NCBI GenBank assembly: GCA_043228905.1
Contig: JBHGNT010000017.1
Span: forward strand, 17,608,001-17,672,000
Length of the DNA stretch: 64,000 nt
Direction of reading: 5' to 3'
Source of the DNA: Azolla caroliniana
Lineage: Eukaryota > Plantae > Polypodiophyta
How positions within the stretch are numbered: the first letter of the stretch is position 1; each line of letters opens with the position of its first letter. The notes under the pieces are model-generated. The model searched no databases and had not been told where the DNA came from. It was given only the letters and a program-made list of their open reading frames with translations. Positions 36,694-50,169 of the stretch are shown here, in pieces. The position numbers were made by a program, and so were the translations under genes.

Positions 36694-37089
36694 GCGAAGC
36701 TCGACTACAAAAAGCTAGGCCCCTTCCATATCCTCGAGCGTGTTAACCCAATTGCCTTTCGGTTAGCGCTTCCCCCCACATTTCAGCTTCACAATGTTTT
36801 CCACGTCTGTCTCCTCTAACTCTATCATCCTTCTCGCATTCTAGGACGCCAAACTCCGCTGCCGCCGCCCGTGGAATTATCGAAAGGTGAGGAGTATGAG
36901 GTTGACCGGATCCTTGACTCTCGCTTGCGTCGGCAGCGACTTCAATACTTGGTCTTATGGAAAGGTTACCCTCTTTCGGATGCCACATGGGAACCAGTTA
37001 CACACTTGCAAAATGCACCGGAGGCAATTCACGCTTTTCACCAACCATACCCCCATAAACCGGCAGCGGGTGTTAGGAGGCGACCTTAG
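36694..37089 (+). pseudogene. pol: Chromovirus B integrase C-terminus (GPF) and chromodomain
   Basis: KLGPF..HNVFHV; EYEVDRILDSR..QYLVLWKGYPLSDATWEP. Confidence 0.92.
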
Positions 37090-37100
37090 AGGGAGGATAA

Positions 37101-37498
37101 TGTCATAGACATATGCGACAGAGGAAGGTAGGGATTGAACCCAATACCTCATGGTCTCTATTGGGCAAACCCTACCACTTGAGCTACATATGTATCCTTA
37201 TATTTAATTCAACTTCATATAGTGTAGATTGAACATTGGAAGTTCCTAGCTTACATGCAATCTCATTCTCTAGCTTGCATGTATCCTCATGCGTACTCTA
37301 TTGCATGCATCCTCATACACTCTATTTCTAGCTGGCTTACATAGCCCTAACCTCTTGAATAAATAGTCATGTGCACCTTGATTCTAATCAAGTTGAACAA
37401 CACAAGTTACGGATTCTATAAGTTGAGTTCTTGTTCTTTTCCTCTCTCTTGTTCTCCAGTCTTATCTTTGTTCTACTCTATTATACTTGTCTGTGACC
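37101..37498 (+). repeat. 3' LTR of B
   Basis: Homologous to 3897-4267 with a ~27-bp insertion; terminal CA mutated to CC. Confidence 0.9.
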
Positions 37499-37503
37499 CT
37501 ACC

Positions 37504-38900
37504 CTTCCTTCCATCCTCTGAGGCCCGTAATTGTCTCTTATTTGACCAAATGTCTTTCCCAGTCAACTTATGTGCACACACTAGCATATGTTTATCTATA
37601 ATAGAAACCCTATCATACGACTTATCGACTGTAGTAAAAGAAACTATATTGCCATAATTCATCTCAGCATGTATAAGGTCAACCTTGACCACTTCATTCT
37701 TTTTCCTTTTAAACTCTTCGAAAGCTACGAATCTATCAATTTGTTGTACTTGATCAAAAAATATTTGTTTATCATTACTAAATTGATTAGTAACCTTAAA
37801 AACAGATTCTACATCTTGTACCTTCAAAAATGTGTCTTTTGAATTATGTTGCTCCTCTGTGAAAATTCGGAGGTAAAAACCGCCATCCACTTTACTAATC
37901 CCCACCTCCTTTTCTGTTTCCTGCAAAGAGTGATAAGGGTTAGCTTCAAGTAATAACACTGGATTAACCAACTTACTAGTCGGTTTAAAAACATGTTTAG
38001 GAGCAACTGTAGACCGTCCCTCATTATTAACATTCGATCGAGTAGTTGCATGTGCTTCAACATTCGGCCGACGCTTGTGACAATCTCTACCTAAATGACC
38101 AAACTTTCGACAGACAAAACATTGATTAGGTAAACCTTGATAATATACCTTTTGCACAACTGGTGATTTATTTATAAGTAAGTTAGGTAAAGCAACAGTT
38201 GACGGCAACCGGACAGATCTTGGTGCGATTAACCGAACAACAGGTACCCCACCCACCTGTCCCTCACGCGTAGCAATGACCTTACCTAACAAGGTCCCAA
38301 TACGAGGAAGAAAATTCCTCCATTCCTTCCTTAATCCGGGGAATACCGTCGTAAACACCATACTAGACTCCTGATCCTGCAATATGTCATCTACCTTAAC
38401 ATTATGAGACCATTTATGAAAAGATACCCATGCACCTTCCACGCCCGCCTCCTTAATTGCTAGTAGCCTTGTGACGGCCTCCTCGCTTGCAAATTCCACA
38501 TGGTAACATCCTCGAGACATGAATTGAATATCGATTATCTTATCCGCTTCCTCCGAGAAAGCCGCGTACAAAGTATGCCGAAGTTCCGATTGATTTAATC
38601 TCAAACCTTGTACCTGCATTACCAAGGAGTAAGCTTCCAACCTTTGTACCTCGCCCAAAACTACAGCTCAATCCTCCTCCGATAACACTAGGTTGACTGT
38701 CTCATCACTGAAATGAGGCGAAAATTGGGGGGGGGGGTGCACTGGACTCCCTTGCTCGCGTATGCAGTCCAGCCATAGATGAAGTAAGAGGCTGGTCCAC
38801 AATCGACCTCCTGCTCGTGTTGGGATCACCTATTTTTGTGGTCGCGCTACTCGCGCCATACACGACCTGTTCTTTTCCTGTCTACTGCATCGTTTTTTTC
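37504..38900 (-). pseudogene. L1-like LINE ORF1 (RRM-like region and zinc knuckle)
   Basis: RGCYHVEF, YQGLPNQCFVCRKFGHLGRDC; continues into 3891-3837; 5' boundary approximate. Confidence 0.8.
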
Positions 38901-39409
38901 CTGTACCTCCATCTACCGGCACCTTTTCCTTCTTATAAAAAGGTCAACTCTTATAGGAAGTTGATGGTTCCTTTAACGTCAACTCTTATAGGAAGTTGTA
39001 CTCCTTACTTGGACAAAACAATTTGTGCCTTTTTGACAACGTTGAACTTGCCAAACATATAATTGAACACATGTTTTATTACTATTAATACCTCGTCTTT
39101 TGTTCTAAATATATTTTTTTCTCTTTATATGTTATTTGAGTATATTAAGTACAATCACATTGTTTATCTATTTTAAACATTGCTTGCATTCTACAAAATC
39201 CAACAGGCACTGCGAAAGACGCAGCATCGAAGCCAGCCACGGAGGCACCCCTTGAGAGACAAATGATCCAACATGCTGAGAGACAAATGATCCAACATGC
39301 AATCGCTGGCCTCATAGACCCGGAAGAGGAGAACGCCTTGAGCAAAATCGGCCCAGGAAACGGCACACAGACAGCAGGCACATGGAAATCGAATTGCCAG
39401 CGCTAAATA

Positions 39410-39940
39410 ATGCCCTGGTCATGTTCACCAGGAGTTGGCCCAGGTCCGCCTCGGAGCCAAGGATATGGCTTTCAAGAACAAGCAGGCGAGAAATACAGAG
39501 AAAAGGTCGACGTGTTTATGATTGCGCACAACCAAACCCTTGCAGCCCTAGATGAACAAAAGGAGGCTACTGTCCGTGCCGAAAAGACGATAGCAGAACT
39601 TCGCGAGGTGAAGTTAAAACAAAAAGAATGGTATGAAGAGCAAATGGCAACCGAAAACAAAGTGGTGGATGAAATCCAACTCCGCTTACGGAACAAAATG
39701 GCTCCAATGGAGGAGATACACACAAGGGAGATGGACATATTACGGGCGAACATGGGCCTTATCCAAGATAGGTATGCATTACAATCGGTCCGCGTTGCAA
39801 GCAAAATAAAACAGCTCGAAACCACCATCGAGCACATGCGCACGAAAATGGAAATGTCGGAGGCATGGATCCAAACACTGCTTGAGAGACGCAAAGACAG
39901 CACCCTCCAAATGATAACCAACCAGATAGAGCAAGGCTAG
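39410..39940 (+). other. Coiled-coil ORF of unknown origin, possibly a degenerate exon
   Basis: 176-aa E/K/Q-rich helical ORF in a GC-richer island, preceded by an AT-rich stretch ending in ...CAACAG at ~39205. Confidence 0.3.
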
Positions 39941-42209
39941 AATCATTGGTCTACACAAGTTGTCGAACTCCACACCTTTCGGGCGGACTAGGAGAATCGA
40001 TGCAAGGAAGGTTGTGGTTTTTAGAAGCTCGACAAAGAAAGCATGGGCACCGTTCAGGCCAACCTCACAAAAGATTACAATATAAAGGGCCATGGAAAGC
40101 TTGTAAAGCTAATCGAAAATCTGTGTATCATTGCGCTTAATAGACTTCTATTTGTCTCTGATACTCTGAGTAACTGTGTTGTCTTTCATTTTTGTTGAGT
40201 TTTTCGTAATCATTTGTATACACTCGGTTGTAGTCGGCTTGTCATCTCCACAATCGCACAGTCTCAATTCGATTCACGCGTAAGTTTTGGAGTTGGAAAT
40301 CATCGAACGAGTTCATAGCGAAACGAATCCCCCTTTATCCCCGACCATAAGACCTTGAGTCGAATCGCCAAAGGACTAGAGCTTCAACACCGTGTTATCC
40401 TAAGCCAATAACAACATCATTTGTTTGATCATATGCTTATACTAACCTTTGTATCCCAATAGAAGTGAGATGTAATGTCTCATCCTATTTGCTCTATATA
40501 CAATTTTCAAGTAATATACCACGGTGCATCTTTCTTTAAAAAAGTTAAAAAAGTATATGTATAAAAGCATATATATATATATATGCACATGCATATAACA
40601 TACGTACGTACAAGCATACATAAAGCACAAAAACAACACATATGCAAACATCAAATAATATACAAGAGGAGGACATACATAAAACCAAGTACAAATAAAG
40701 AATGGAATATGAGTGTTGAACTGCATTGACCACCTCCAAACGAAGGACATGAGACAAACATAAAATACCATCAATGTCCCATACAACCGAATATTATCTC
40801 CTATAATGTGTAATACCTTGGTTGTTGAATCATGGATCTAAAGAAGAGAGCTTAACCACACCAAGAGAGTTGTGACAATGTCTCAAAATGTCTTTGTGAA
40901 GAGGGTAGCTAGTCCCATTAATTTAGCCCAATACCTAAAGCTCCCAAACCACCACACATTCCCATGCGTCATACAATCATATGGGTTTGTGCAAAATCCT
41001 AGGATAATTGGTTTCCCAACTATCCTCCCCTTAACCCATGAAATTCGGGTATAAATTTGCTCCATAAGGTTGTGCCTATAACATACTCTTAGTTTCCAAA
41101 ATATTGCATTATTGTAATGATAAATCAAAATTAGGAAAGTTTATTTATGGACAAGCTCATTCTCTCAAGTAGCATTATGTATAGTTTGATTCAACCATTT
41201 AATTTTGAGATCTAAGGTTTGTTTAGATATAAAATATTTACCCTGCACATCATTTTTCTAGCAAATAAGTTTTAGGAGATAAAACCTTGTCTTACCAAAT
41301 CTTCTATGGTTACTAGTGACTACATTGTTCTCAAAACCCATTAGTTCTTCGAGGATGAACATCAACAACATCAAGAAAATCAATATGATAACTAGATGCA
41401 TGAATGTGCATTAGGACTATGAAAGGTCCACAATAGCATGGCACTATTTTAACACACATAAATATAGATAGAGTCTTGGAATAACAAGGTATATCCCAGA
41501 ATATGTTTTTTGCCAGGGTTAAGAACACAATGATGTTTATTATTATCAACATAAAATTGTGCTCTATCTTAATGTTATCTCATGCAATATGCAACATTTC
41601 TTGCATATCCCTAAGAAAGGTTTGTGTACTCTCGAATTAATCTTGATGAAAAGTAACACCAATAGGTGCTCACAATTAAAAACTAAACAATATCAACATA
41701 AATGGACTATATTCGATTGAAGTATATATACAATACTTATAACAAAATCTATTAAGGTTGTTTTCCAACTTTGTAAGCACCTTCGTTGGCACATAGGCTC
41801 GAAGCATATCCTCAAAAAATAGATTGACTCAGACAAATTGACCATCAAACTATGGATTATCCAAGGAACTCTGCTCAAAGTAGTTCCTAGCTTTTGGAAG
41901 ACTTGAGTCTAAAAGTCACTTGTAAACTTTAAATTTGTATCACTAACTATAAAATCAAAAGAACTCGTCAACGAATTGGTTATACATCAAGTCATGTGTT
42001 GTTAGTGTGGTTTTAGTTGGCATAAACCTAACGAATGCTATTAATCAATTGACAAGTACCCATTTTAAGTCATGATCTCTTCGTGTTCAAGGCTAGTTGA
42101 TAATATATCCTTTATTATTATGAATACCTATGGGATGTAGAAGACTTCTAGCTTTATGTCACTCAACCTTATTCACCTAGCATTGCACAATTTTTGGACA
42201 TTAGAATGA

Positions 42210-42678
42210 GTGTTCAACATATTCTTTGCGGAACGGGGAAATCATACACATCCATACATGTTAGAGCCCATACCGTTATCTGCCATTCGAACCATTGCTT
42301 CCATGCGACTTAGCTCACATGCATTGCGAAGTGAAACAGGGCGTTGGGGTACAAGTGATGAGAGTGGTTGGCTATGCACACTTTGCCCTAAACAAGTTCG
42401 CGAGTCTGAGTATCACACTTTGATACAATGCTTTGCCTTTGATCATATTCAACCATGCTTTCCACATCTCTTTGATCGAGCCCAATCTTTGCATGAATTC
42501 CTCTCACAACCACAATGTGCACTCTCGATTGCAACATTCATTGGTAAAGTTCTTGAACATCGAAAGTCACTACTCACTTTCACACGTATCACGTGAAATG
42601 TAATATTTTTGGTCTCATAGGTCATATTTGACCTCCGAAGACGATAATATAATCAATCTATCTATCTATCTATCTCTC
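42210..42678 (+). mobile_element. 5'-truncated non-LTR retrotransposon 3' end, family X copy 1
   Basis: RLSSHALRSETGRW..CTLC..ESEYHTLIQC CCHC domain; 3' stem-loop; (CTAT)n tail. Confidence 0.8.
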
Positions 42679-43518
42679 TTACGCGGCCAAAATATCTCGA
42701 TGTATTCTTACCACATGCACTAAGGGTTGCCATTGGACAACTTAGAATATCATCTCACCAACTTGAGACTGATAATGGTCGTACTAATGGAGTCCCTAGG
42801 GAGGAAAGGATATGTAGGTTATGCCACATAGAGATAGAGGATGAGTACCACTTTACATGCAAGTGTCCCACCTATGCCGAAATAAGGGCAAACTACCAAG
42901 ACATACTTGGTTCCCCTCCTACCCTCCCCAAACTATTAGATACGCTAGATATAAAGAAATTAGGCAGATACCTCCTAGAGCTAAAACAACACAGAGAGAA
43001 TAAGTTACAAAATGGTGACAATAATGTTGCTAATGTTCAGCAACATGTAAGAAATGAAGTTTTTTAGGAACAGGGGGAGACAACAAATGTCGACACACCT
43101 GCACCACTCAGCCTTTTCCTTGATGGAGCAGAAAACCAAAGAAGAACGAGACGCCCTCAGAAACCGGCTTTCAAAGAAACTCGACGTGGTTTGAAGCAAT
43201 AAAGAAAATAAGGGAACGTGAGCTACACCGCCTAGAAGCCATGGTTGGGGCACTCTATAGACTAAAACCATGGGTCTCACCCACACCAAAACCCTTTGAC
43301 CTCCCACTTCTTTTCGAGAGGCTTGGGTGGAAATGAAATTAGGCTTAATGCAAAGTCACTTCCTTTTATCGAGTATACCATGTTTTGTACACTACTAGAA
43401 CTCTTTTAGTTTAAGTTCTATTTTTACTTTATTTTATTTTAGTTCTGATGATTGGATAAATACCCATTTTGTTGTAAACCAACTGTCTCATGGGCCAATT
43501 TTGGCCTTAAGAAGACGT

Positions 43519-43600
<82 letters not shown>
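42679..43600 (+). mobile_element. Non-LTR retrotransposon 3' end, family Y copy 1, with (TC)n tail
   Basis: LRISSHQLE..CRLCHIEIEDEYHFTCKC; 3' UTR; tail 43522-43600. Confidence 0.8.
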
Positions 43601-43603
<3 letters not shown>

Positions 43604-44720
43604 GGTGTATTAGAGAGACCTTTGGTGACAATGTTATCACGTCAACTCCGAAGCAAATCAATAGTACCACATGACATTATTAGAGAAAAGTTCAGTTTGC
43701 CCCCGATGTTAGTAGAAACACTTTTCCAAGTGGTAGTTTTTATTCATCAGATACATAGCCAACCACAAGATAGGATATCCCATAGCTTTTGAGGCATCTT
43801 GATCCCTATCTGAGTCCGGAGGCACTAGCTCTTGGTATAACACTATAGTGAGTTGTTTACTTGCAAATGGTATAGACATTAATAACCTACCTCCCCTTAA
43901 GTACAACCATGGGAATGATCAAACTTCAATCTCTCATGAAGACCGTAATAAAGTAATACGCCAGGAAATATGGCAAATTTACACCTGATTTAAATGGATC
44001 ACCCCATGAGCACCACTCCCAGCTAAAATGTTGTACTATAAGGAACACTTATTGCAGTTTAGTAAGTTAGGTTTTATTACACGACCAAAATATCTAGATA
44101 CATTCTTATCAAATGCACTAAGGGTGACCATTGGAAAACTTAGGATATCATCTCACCAACTTGAGATTGAGAATGGTCATGCTAATAGAGTTCCTAAAGA
44201 GGAAAGGCTATGTAGGTTATGTCACATAGAGATAGAGGATGAGTATCACTTTATGCTTTTATTATTCACCAACATGTAACTAATGTAATTTTTCAGGAAC
44301 AAGGGGAGACGATGAATGTGGACACACCTACACCACTCGGTCTCTCTCTTGATGAAGCAGAAATGCAAAGAACAACCAAACACCCTCGAATGTTGGGCTT
44401 CAAAGTTCTCAACGTGGAGTAGAAACGATTAAGAAGATAAGGGAACGTGAGCTACCCCGCCTAGAAGCTATGGTTGGGGTACCTTTTACATTGGGACCAC
44501 GGGCCACATCCACATCGAAACCCTTTGACCTCCTGCTTCTTTTCGAGAGACTTGGATGGAAATGAAATTCGTCCTAGCCATTTCCATATGTTTAGCTTAA
44601 GGTCTACTTTATTTTATTTTTACTTTCGATGAATGGGTAAATACCTCATTTTTGTTGTAAACCAATTGTCTCATGGGCCAATTTTGATCTTAGAAGACGT
44701 TAATCTCTCTCTCTCTCTCT
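43601..44720 (+). mobile_element. Non-LTR retrotransposon 3' end, family Y copy 2
   Basis: Homologous to copy 1 with a longer 5' part and an internal deletion; (TC)n tail. Confidence 0.8.
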
Positions 44721-45001
44721 CCTAAACAAGTTCAAGAGTCTAAGTATCACACTTTGATACAATGCTCTGCCTTTGATCATATTCGACTATGCTTTCCACA
44801 TCTCTTCAATCAAGCCCAATCCTTGCACGAATTTCTCTCACAACCATGATGTGCACTCTCGATTGCAACATTCATTGGTAAAGTTCTTGAACATCGAGAG
44901 TCGCTACACACCTTCACACGCATCACGTGAAATGTAATATTTTTGGTCTCATAGGTCATATTTCACCTCCGAAGACGATAATATAATCTATCTATCTAAT
45001 C

Positions 45002-45052
<51 letters not shown>
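44721..45052 (+). mobile_element. Non-LTR retrotransposon 3' end, family X copy 2
   Basis: Close copy of 42387-42660; (CTAT)/(TC)n tail. Confidence 0.8.
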
Positions 45053-45055
<3 letters not shown>

Positions 45056-45199
45056 ATATAAGGGATATCTAGAGTACAAACCTTTAAATTATGGTAGAGC
45101 AAACTATTAGAAATGTGAAAGGTCAACTTTGAATGTATGACGATTTTAATGGCATCTTTACCAAATTACGCTCTTTTGAGGAAATTATCACCGAGGTAT

Positions 45200-45390
45200 T
45201 TCCCTCGAAGTTGATAAAAAAAGATTAGATTTTGATTTAGTGATGATAACGATGCGAACTCCACTCCCTCAAAGTTGATAAAGAAGATCTTATTTTGATT
45301 TAGTGAAGTTAAGGATTTCAATTTCACTCCCTAGAAGTTGATAAGAAAATATCATATTTTAATTTAGTGAAGTTAAGGATATCAACTTCA
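45200..45390 (+). repeat. Degenerate tandem repeat, ~63 bp x3
   Basis: CCCTCGAAGTTGATAA..ATTTTGATTTAGTGA recurs at ~45202, 45266 and 45329. Confidence 0.7.
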
Positions 45391-47709
45391 TGAATACAAC
45401 TAAGAGCATACATAATTGTGTTCATTGAACCTTTACAATAACAAATGAAAAAAATCAAAGCCATGGATGGCATAGCCCGTCGACCTTTACAAACCAAGAA
45501 GATAATGTTGATCACAAAAATATTTTAAGGATTTGTAATCAGTTGTGACCACAAACAATTTCCACATAAATAGTGCCTCTAAGTTTTAAACACATAAATG
45601 GCTCCATTATTTTCCCCTTTAAACGTATATAGACATTGAGAAGAGTCAAGTTTCATGCTTTCTACATCTTCGTAAAGAAGAGTGATGTTGATTGCATAAT
45701 CATTAATGTTCAAGCAATATGAGAGTTCAAGCAATATGAGAGTTGGAGCAATGCAGACCCGTTCCTTGACGATTAATAAACTTATGCTTTCGACCTTTTA
45801 AGAAATCAATAAATAACGTAATCAATGATGAAAATTTAGGGATTGACTTTCGCAACAAACAAACAAAACCAAGAAATGAAAGAAGGTCTCAAATAGTATG
45901 AGTAATATCCTAGAGTGACACTTCTTTGTTTGAAAAGGATCAATTGAAACACCCTCACTAATTAAATGTCCTAAGTAGTTGGATCCTCTGAATTCAATCA
46001 CATTTCAACATTCTCATGTAGAAATCTTGGTCTCACAATGTAGGGATTAGAAAATGAACATGAGCGCAATGTCCATTCAAACTATTGTTATAAATGAGAA
46101 TATCACCTAAGAAAATGGTGACAACATGACCAAGTTAACCTAGAAAAGTGTCACTCATTTATTGTTGAAAATTCGTTGTAGCACTAGTGATGATGCCAAA
46201 TGGCATGATTAAAAATTCACAATGGCCACAATGCATACTAAATGTGGGTTTCGGAATTTCATTCTTAGTAATACTTATTTGATGGTAGCCACTTCATAGT
46301 TCAATGTTGGTAAAGAATCGAGCAATATTGTCATGTTGCCAATGGCACACGATGTGAATTCATCTCCAAATGACAGATTTTGTCTATTTTAAAATACTAC
46401 TCCACAATATCTGAAAAGGTTTTAAACTTGTGACCTCTACTATAACAACATATGTGCCTAACACGATAGTAGCTTACTTAATATTATCTAATATCAAAAC
46501 AAAAGGCTATTATAAATATAATATGCACAAAACCATGGTTTTTGCATATGAATGACCCATGCAAGTTTTCCATACGTAGAAACTATGGAAAGTACATTGA
46601 ATTTATTAAAGATCCCATTAGGGGAGAGACACTATATAAATGTGTCGTTTGAATGTAACAGGGGATATAAATTTAAAAAAGATTTTCTTTTTTCTGTCAT
46701 CAATCATGTCTTTGGTGAATCTATGTGTGAGATTTCCAGTTCTCCAATGACTTGGGCCCACCTAGTGGATAGAGCCCCCCCACTTGTCCCCGTACATGAC
46801 ACAATGATCACGACATCGTGCAAATTATCAAAGCAGATGGTGATGGATACAATTTTTTTATAATCACTTTATTCAAAGGTCAATAACTAACACATGTTTG
46901 TTTTGTTCCCTCTTTTGTCATAACTAAAATAAAGGTGACCGATCCTTGAGGAATATTTAATTTGACGAATGTGATCTATCCTTAAGTAATCCACAAGTAG
47001 TATTGCGATCTCATCCTTTTCAAGCTGGCTTAGTCAATATGGTGGAATTCTCATAGAAACAAAAACTAGTATAAAATCTATTTTATGGTCCATGTTGTGC
47101 ATAGCTGGTAGTTCCTAAGGAAAAACATCATTGAGATCGTTAATGATTGAATCATGTACTCTTTGTTTATGAAATGCATTTGATTCACATTAACATTCTA
47201 ATGATAATATTGAAGCACAAGACTCATTAATAATTGAAAGAGCATAAATACACTGATATGGATGAGACGAGTGATTTTGAAGGATTTATTGTGCATTGAA
47301 TAAAGTGCATAACACTAAATAGTGTGAATGTGATCAGATGGTTAATCAAATTGATGCACGATTTTTTATTATAAACCAAGGATAACCAAATCAACGGATC
47401 TTAGTTTCATCACATTAAAATCAAGCTTTTCTACATAGGAACCTATGCAAATAAGCAATTTCACTTATCTCATGATAGTTAAAATCATTGTTTTCTACAC
47501 TAGAAGATAAGAGTGTGAGGTTAATCGAGAATGTAAAGAATGGAGGATTACTTTTAAATTTAGGGATTGAGATGACCCTTTGAGGCCAAGTGTGAACTTG
47601 CTTGGGAGTTGTGAGTCTAGTTAATATAAATATGAAGCTTAGCTATCTGCATTTGACACATTATTCAACCACATCGATATTATGATATTGTGGTGATGAT
47701 TAGACAATT

Positions 47710-47830
47710 GTGGCGAGTGCATGCCAATACCTGGTATGACTCGAAGCCATAATGGTGGTATGGGATGCCGCTCAAGGCTTAGGAATCAACACCCTTCTCT
47801 CTCTCTCACTCATCTTGTCCATTTCCTTAT
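47710..47830 (+). repeat. Degraded LTR remnant related to the solo LTR at 48573-49025
   Basis: Aligns by eye to the reverse complement of 48630-48765. Confidence 0.55.
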
Positions 47831-48572
47831 TTATATGAAGTATAACTACGAGTGTGGGAGCATAAATGTTCAAATGTTTGTTGTATCTTTTTGTTTATGT
47901 GCATGCATGTGTTCGACTTTTAAGTATTTACAAAGTCATGATAATGTGAAAATACTTTATTTGTATATAGATATGAATGTGTAAGTTTAAGGGTTTTGAA
48001 GCGTTATACATGTGTGCAGGTGTATATGTAGTGTTTAGACATAGGTGTGTATTTGTAAATGTTTGTGTTTTTATCTTGCGTGTGTGTTATGAATGTGTGT
48101 AAGTGTATGGATAGGTTTAGTTTGGTGAGGAGGAAAATGGATAGACTTTAGGAAATGACTTCAAAAATATATTTTAAAGTTTTCTTGGAACGTAAGGGTA
48201 TTCTGGGGATTGTAAAATTTCCTTCCTTTTCCCCGTGACACACAATATAGGGAGTGAATGAATATGAAACCTAGGCTCGAGGGTCTAAACCTACTTTTGA
48301 GGCTGAAATTGTGGCTTAGCACACAAGAACTACTACATTGTGGATTGTCATGTATTTTTCGTCCTCTATTCCTGTTCCCCTTTCATTCTCTTCATTCTTT
48401 GTTTCTTGTTCGAGAGCAATAAAGAGGCACTTGTCTTGTGTTGGGAGGTTCTCGCAAGGAGGGTGTGCGAGAGGAGTGATAACCTATTCCCCTTTTTTTC
48501 CCTCACGTGGGGATTTCCACGAAGGGGCTCTTTGTGGAAAAATCCATGTGGCCTTTTATCCCATGGGTAAAA

Positions 48573-49025
48573 TATTAGAAATATGATCTAAAGTAAGCAT
48601 ATGATAACGATAGAAGATAGATAGATAGAAAGGAGAGAGAGAAAGAAGGGTGCTGATACACCCGACCACCCCCGAGCGAAGGGATCAAGACGGACTCGAG
48701 CCTCGATTGGCGTCCCATACCACCGGCGTGGCGTCGAGTCGTACCTGGTGCTGGTGCGCTCGCTACAAGAGTTGACCCACTAGAAGAACAGAGTCTCGAC
48801 GTAGTCAAAAGATGATAAAATGAGGGTAGCTAGGCCTCTTATTTATAACGATACCCAAGGCCCCCAGGCAAGTTCAAACTTGGCCTAATGGGTTGTCTCA
48901 ATCCCGAGGATTAAAAGTAATCCTCTCCTTCTTTACACTCTCGTTTAACCCTCACACTTATCCACGTGTATAGAATACTACGGTAAATTCTTACCACGGG
49001 ATATTATATGGTCATGCCCGTAACA
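48573..49025 (-). mobile_element. Probable solo LTR (453 bp)
   Basis: TATTAG...GTAACA termini, flanks TAAAA/TAAAC, minus-strand TATAAATA at ~48847. Confidence 0.6.
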
Positions 49026-50169
49026 TAAACATATATGCAATTAGTTGATTTGGTAAAGACTTTCAGGTAATTTGAATTACCCAAAGATTTTTCACTCCCT
49101 TGAAATTTTAATTAAACTACATTTCCACACACTCGAGAATTTTTGTTCTCCTAGAGCTCGAGCATTGGGTTTCTTGGAATGTAGTTTGTGGGTTCAACCC
49201 CCTTCATTCGTCATATTCTTTTCTTCATAACATTTTCTTCAAGATTACGATTTGTGATTCCAATTTTTGCTCGATTCTCATGCAACTCACTAAACTATGG
49301 TGTATTGATCACCTCAATGTGGAGATAAAAAATACACCTCTTGGCAAAATAAAGCAAATTTGTGCGCAAGTTAGCATTCAATGATTAGATTTTCTAATCA
49401 GAAGTATTATGGCAATCCATGTTTGATCATGAATCTCAAAGAATAAATTAAAATCTTTCTTTCATATATAAAACTCAATATGTAAGGGAAATGCTCCCAG
49501 CAATCAACAATAATCTCTCAAAGGCTTGATGACAAGATACAATTAAGTTCTTTACAACAATCAACAGTGTGACATGGAGTAGGAGAGGGAAAGATTAACG
49601 AAAGAAAAATATGGAAGAGCATTCTTGAATCTCCAATTGATGACACATCACCTTGGTCGACGACGCTCTTTTCCTGACAATGAGCTCTTTTCCTCCTCGA
49701 CAAACATTTAAACCTTCCTTAATTAGTGGCATGCTTATATCTTGTGCATTATAGACCACCTTTCCTCTTCAATTGCCCCTAGTGAGATTTCACCTAATTG
49801 TTTAAGTGGTTAGCTCTTGCTTGATTCTCGAACCTCTATCTCCTTCCAATTATGTCTTCAACCATAACCTTAACATATCATAAACACGACACTTAGGCAT
49901 TTCTCTCCCTCCACACATGCCACATTACGATACTATCCTATATAACCAGTCTTAATGTTGCCTAAACTTCCATTTGTAAAGATTTAGTACACACCATGTA
50001 TAGAGAAGGATGCGATCGTATGAAATTCAACACAACTACTAAGCTATGATGAAATGATGAACTACCAGAGACGCTTGAAACTTCAGAGTTCTTTTGGAAT
50101 TCAACACATTCCACTAATTTTTCCTAAATTTCAAAGTTTCCTAGTTTGATATTTGTCTTTTGAATAAAG

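Larger units (their letters stand above)
3897..37498 (+). mobile_element. Ty3/Gypsy chromovirus B (Tcn1/Tf1-sushi-like), degenerate, host to several nested elements
   Basis: Paired LTRs 3897-4267 and 37101-37498, TSD CTACT/CTACC, PPT 37088-37100. Gag, PR (LLDAGAS), RT (YLDD), RNase H, integrase and chromodomain are in order after removing the insertions. Confidence 0.93.

Noticed and set aside
40400-42200. Short ORFs in AT-rich DNA (also 45300-47700 and 49000-50100)
   Set aside because: No recognisable motifs and low-complexity translations.
43445-43517. Hammerhead ribozyme (CTGATGA) in the LINE 3' UTR
   Set aside because: No GAAA core after stem II, and CTGATGA is not conserved in copy 2.
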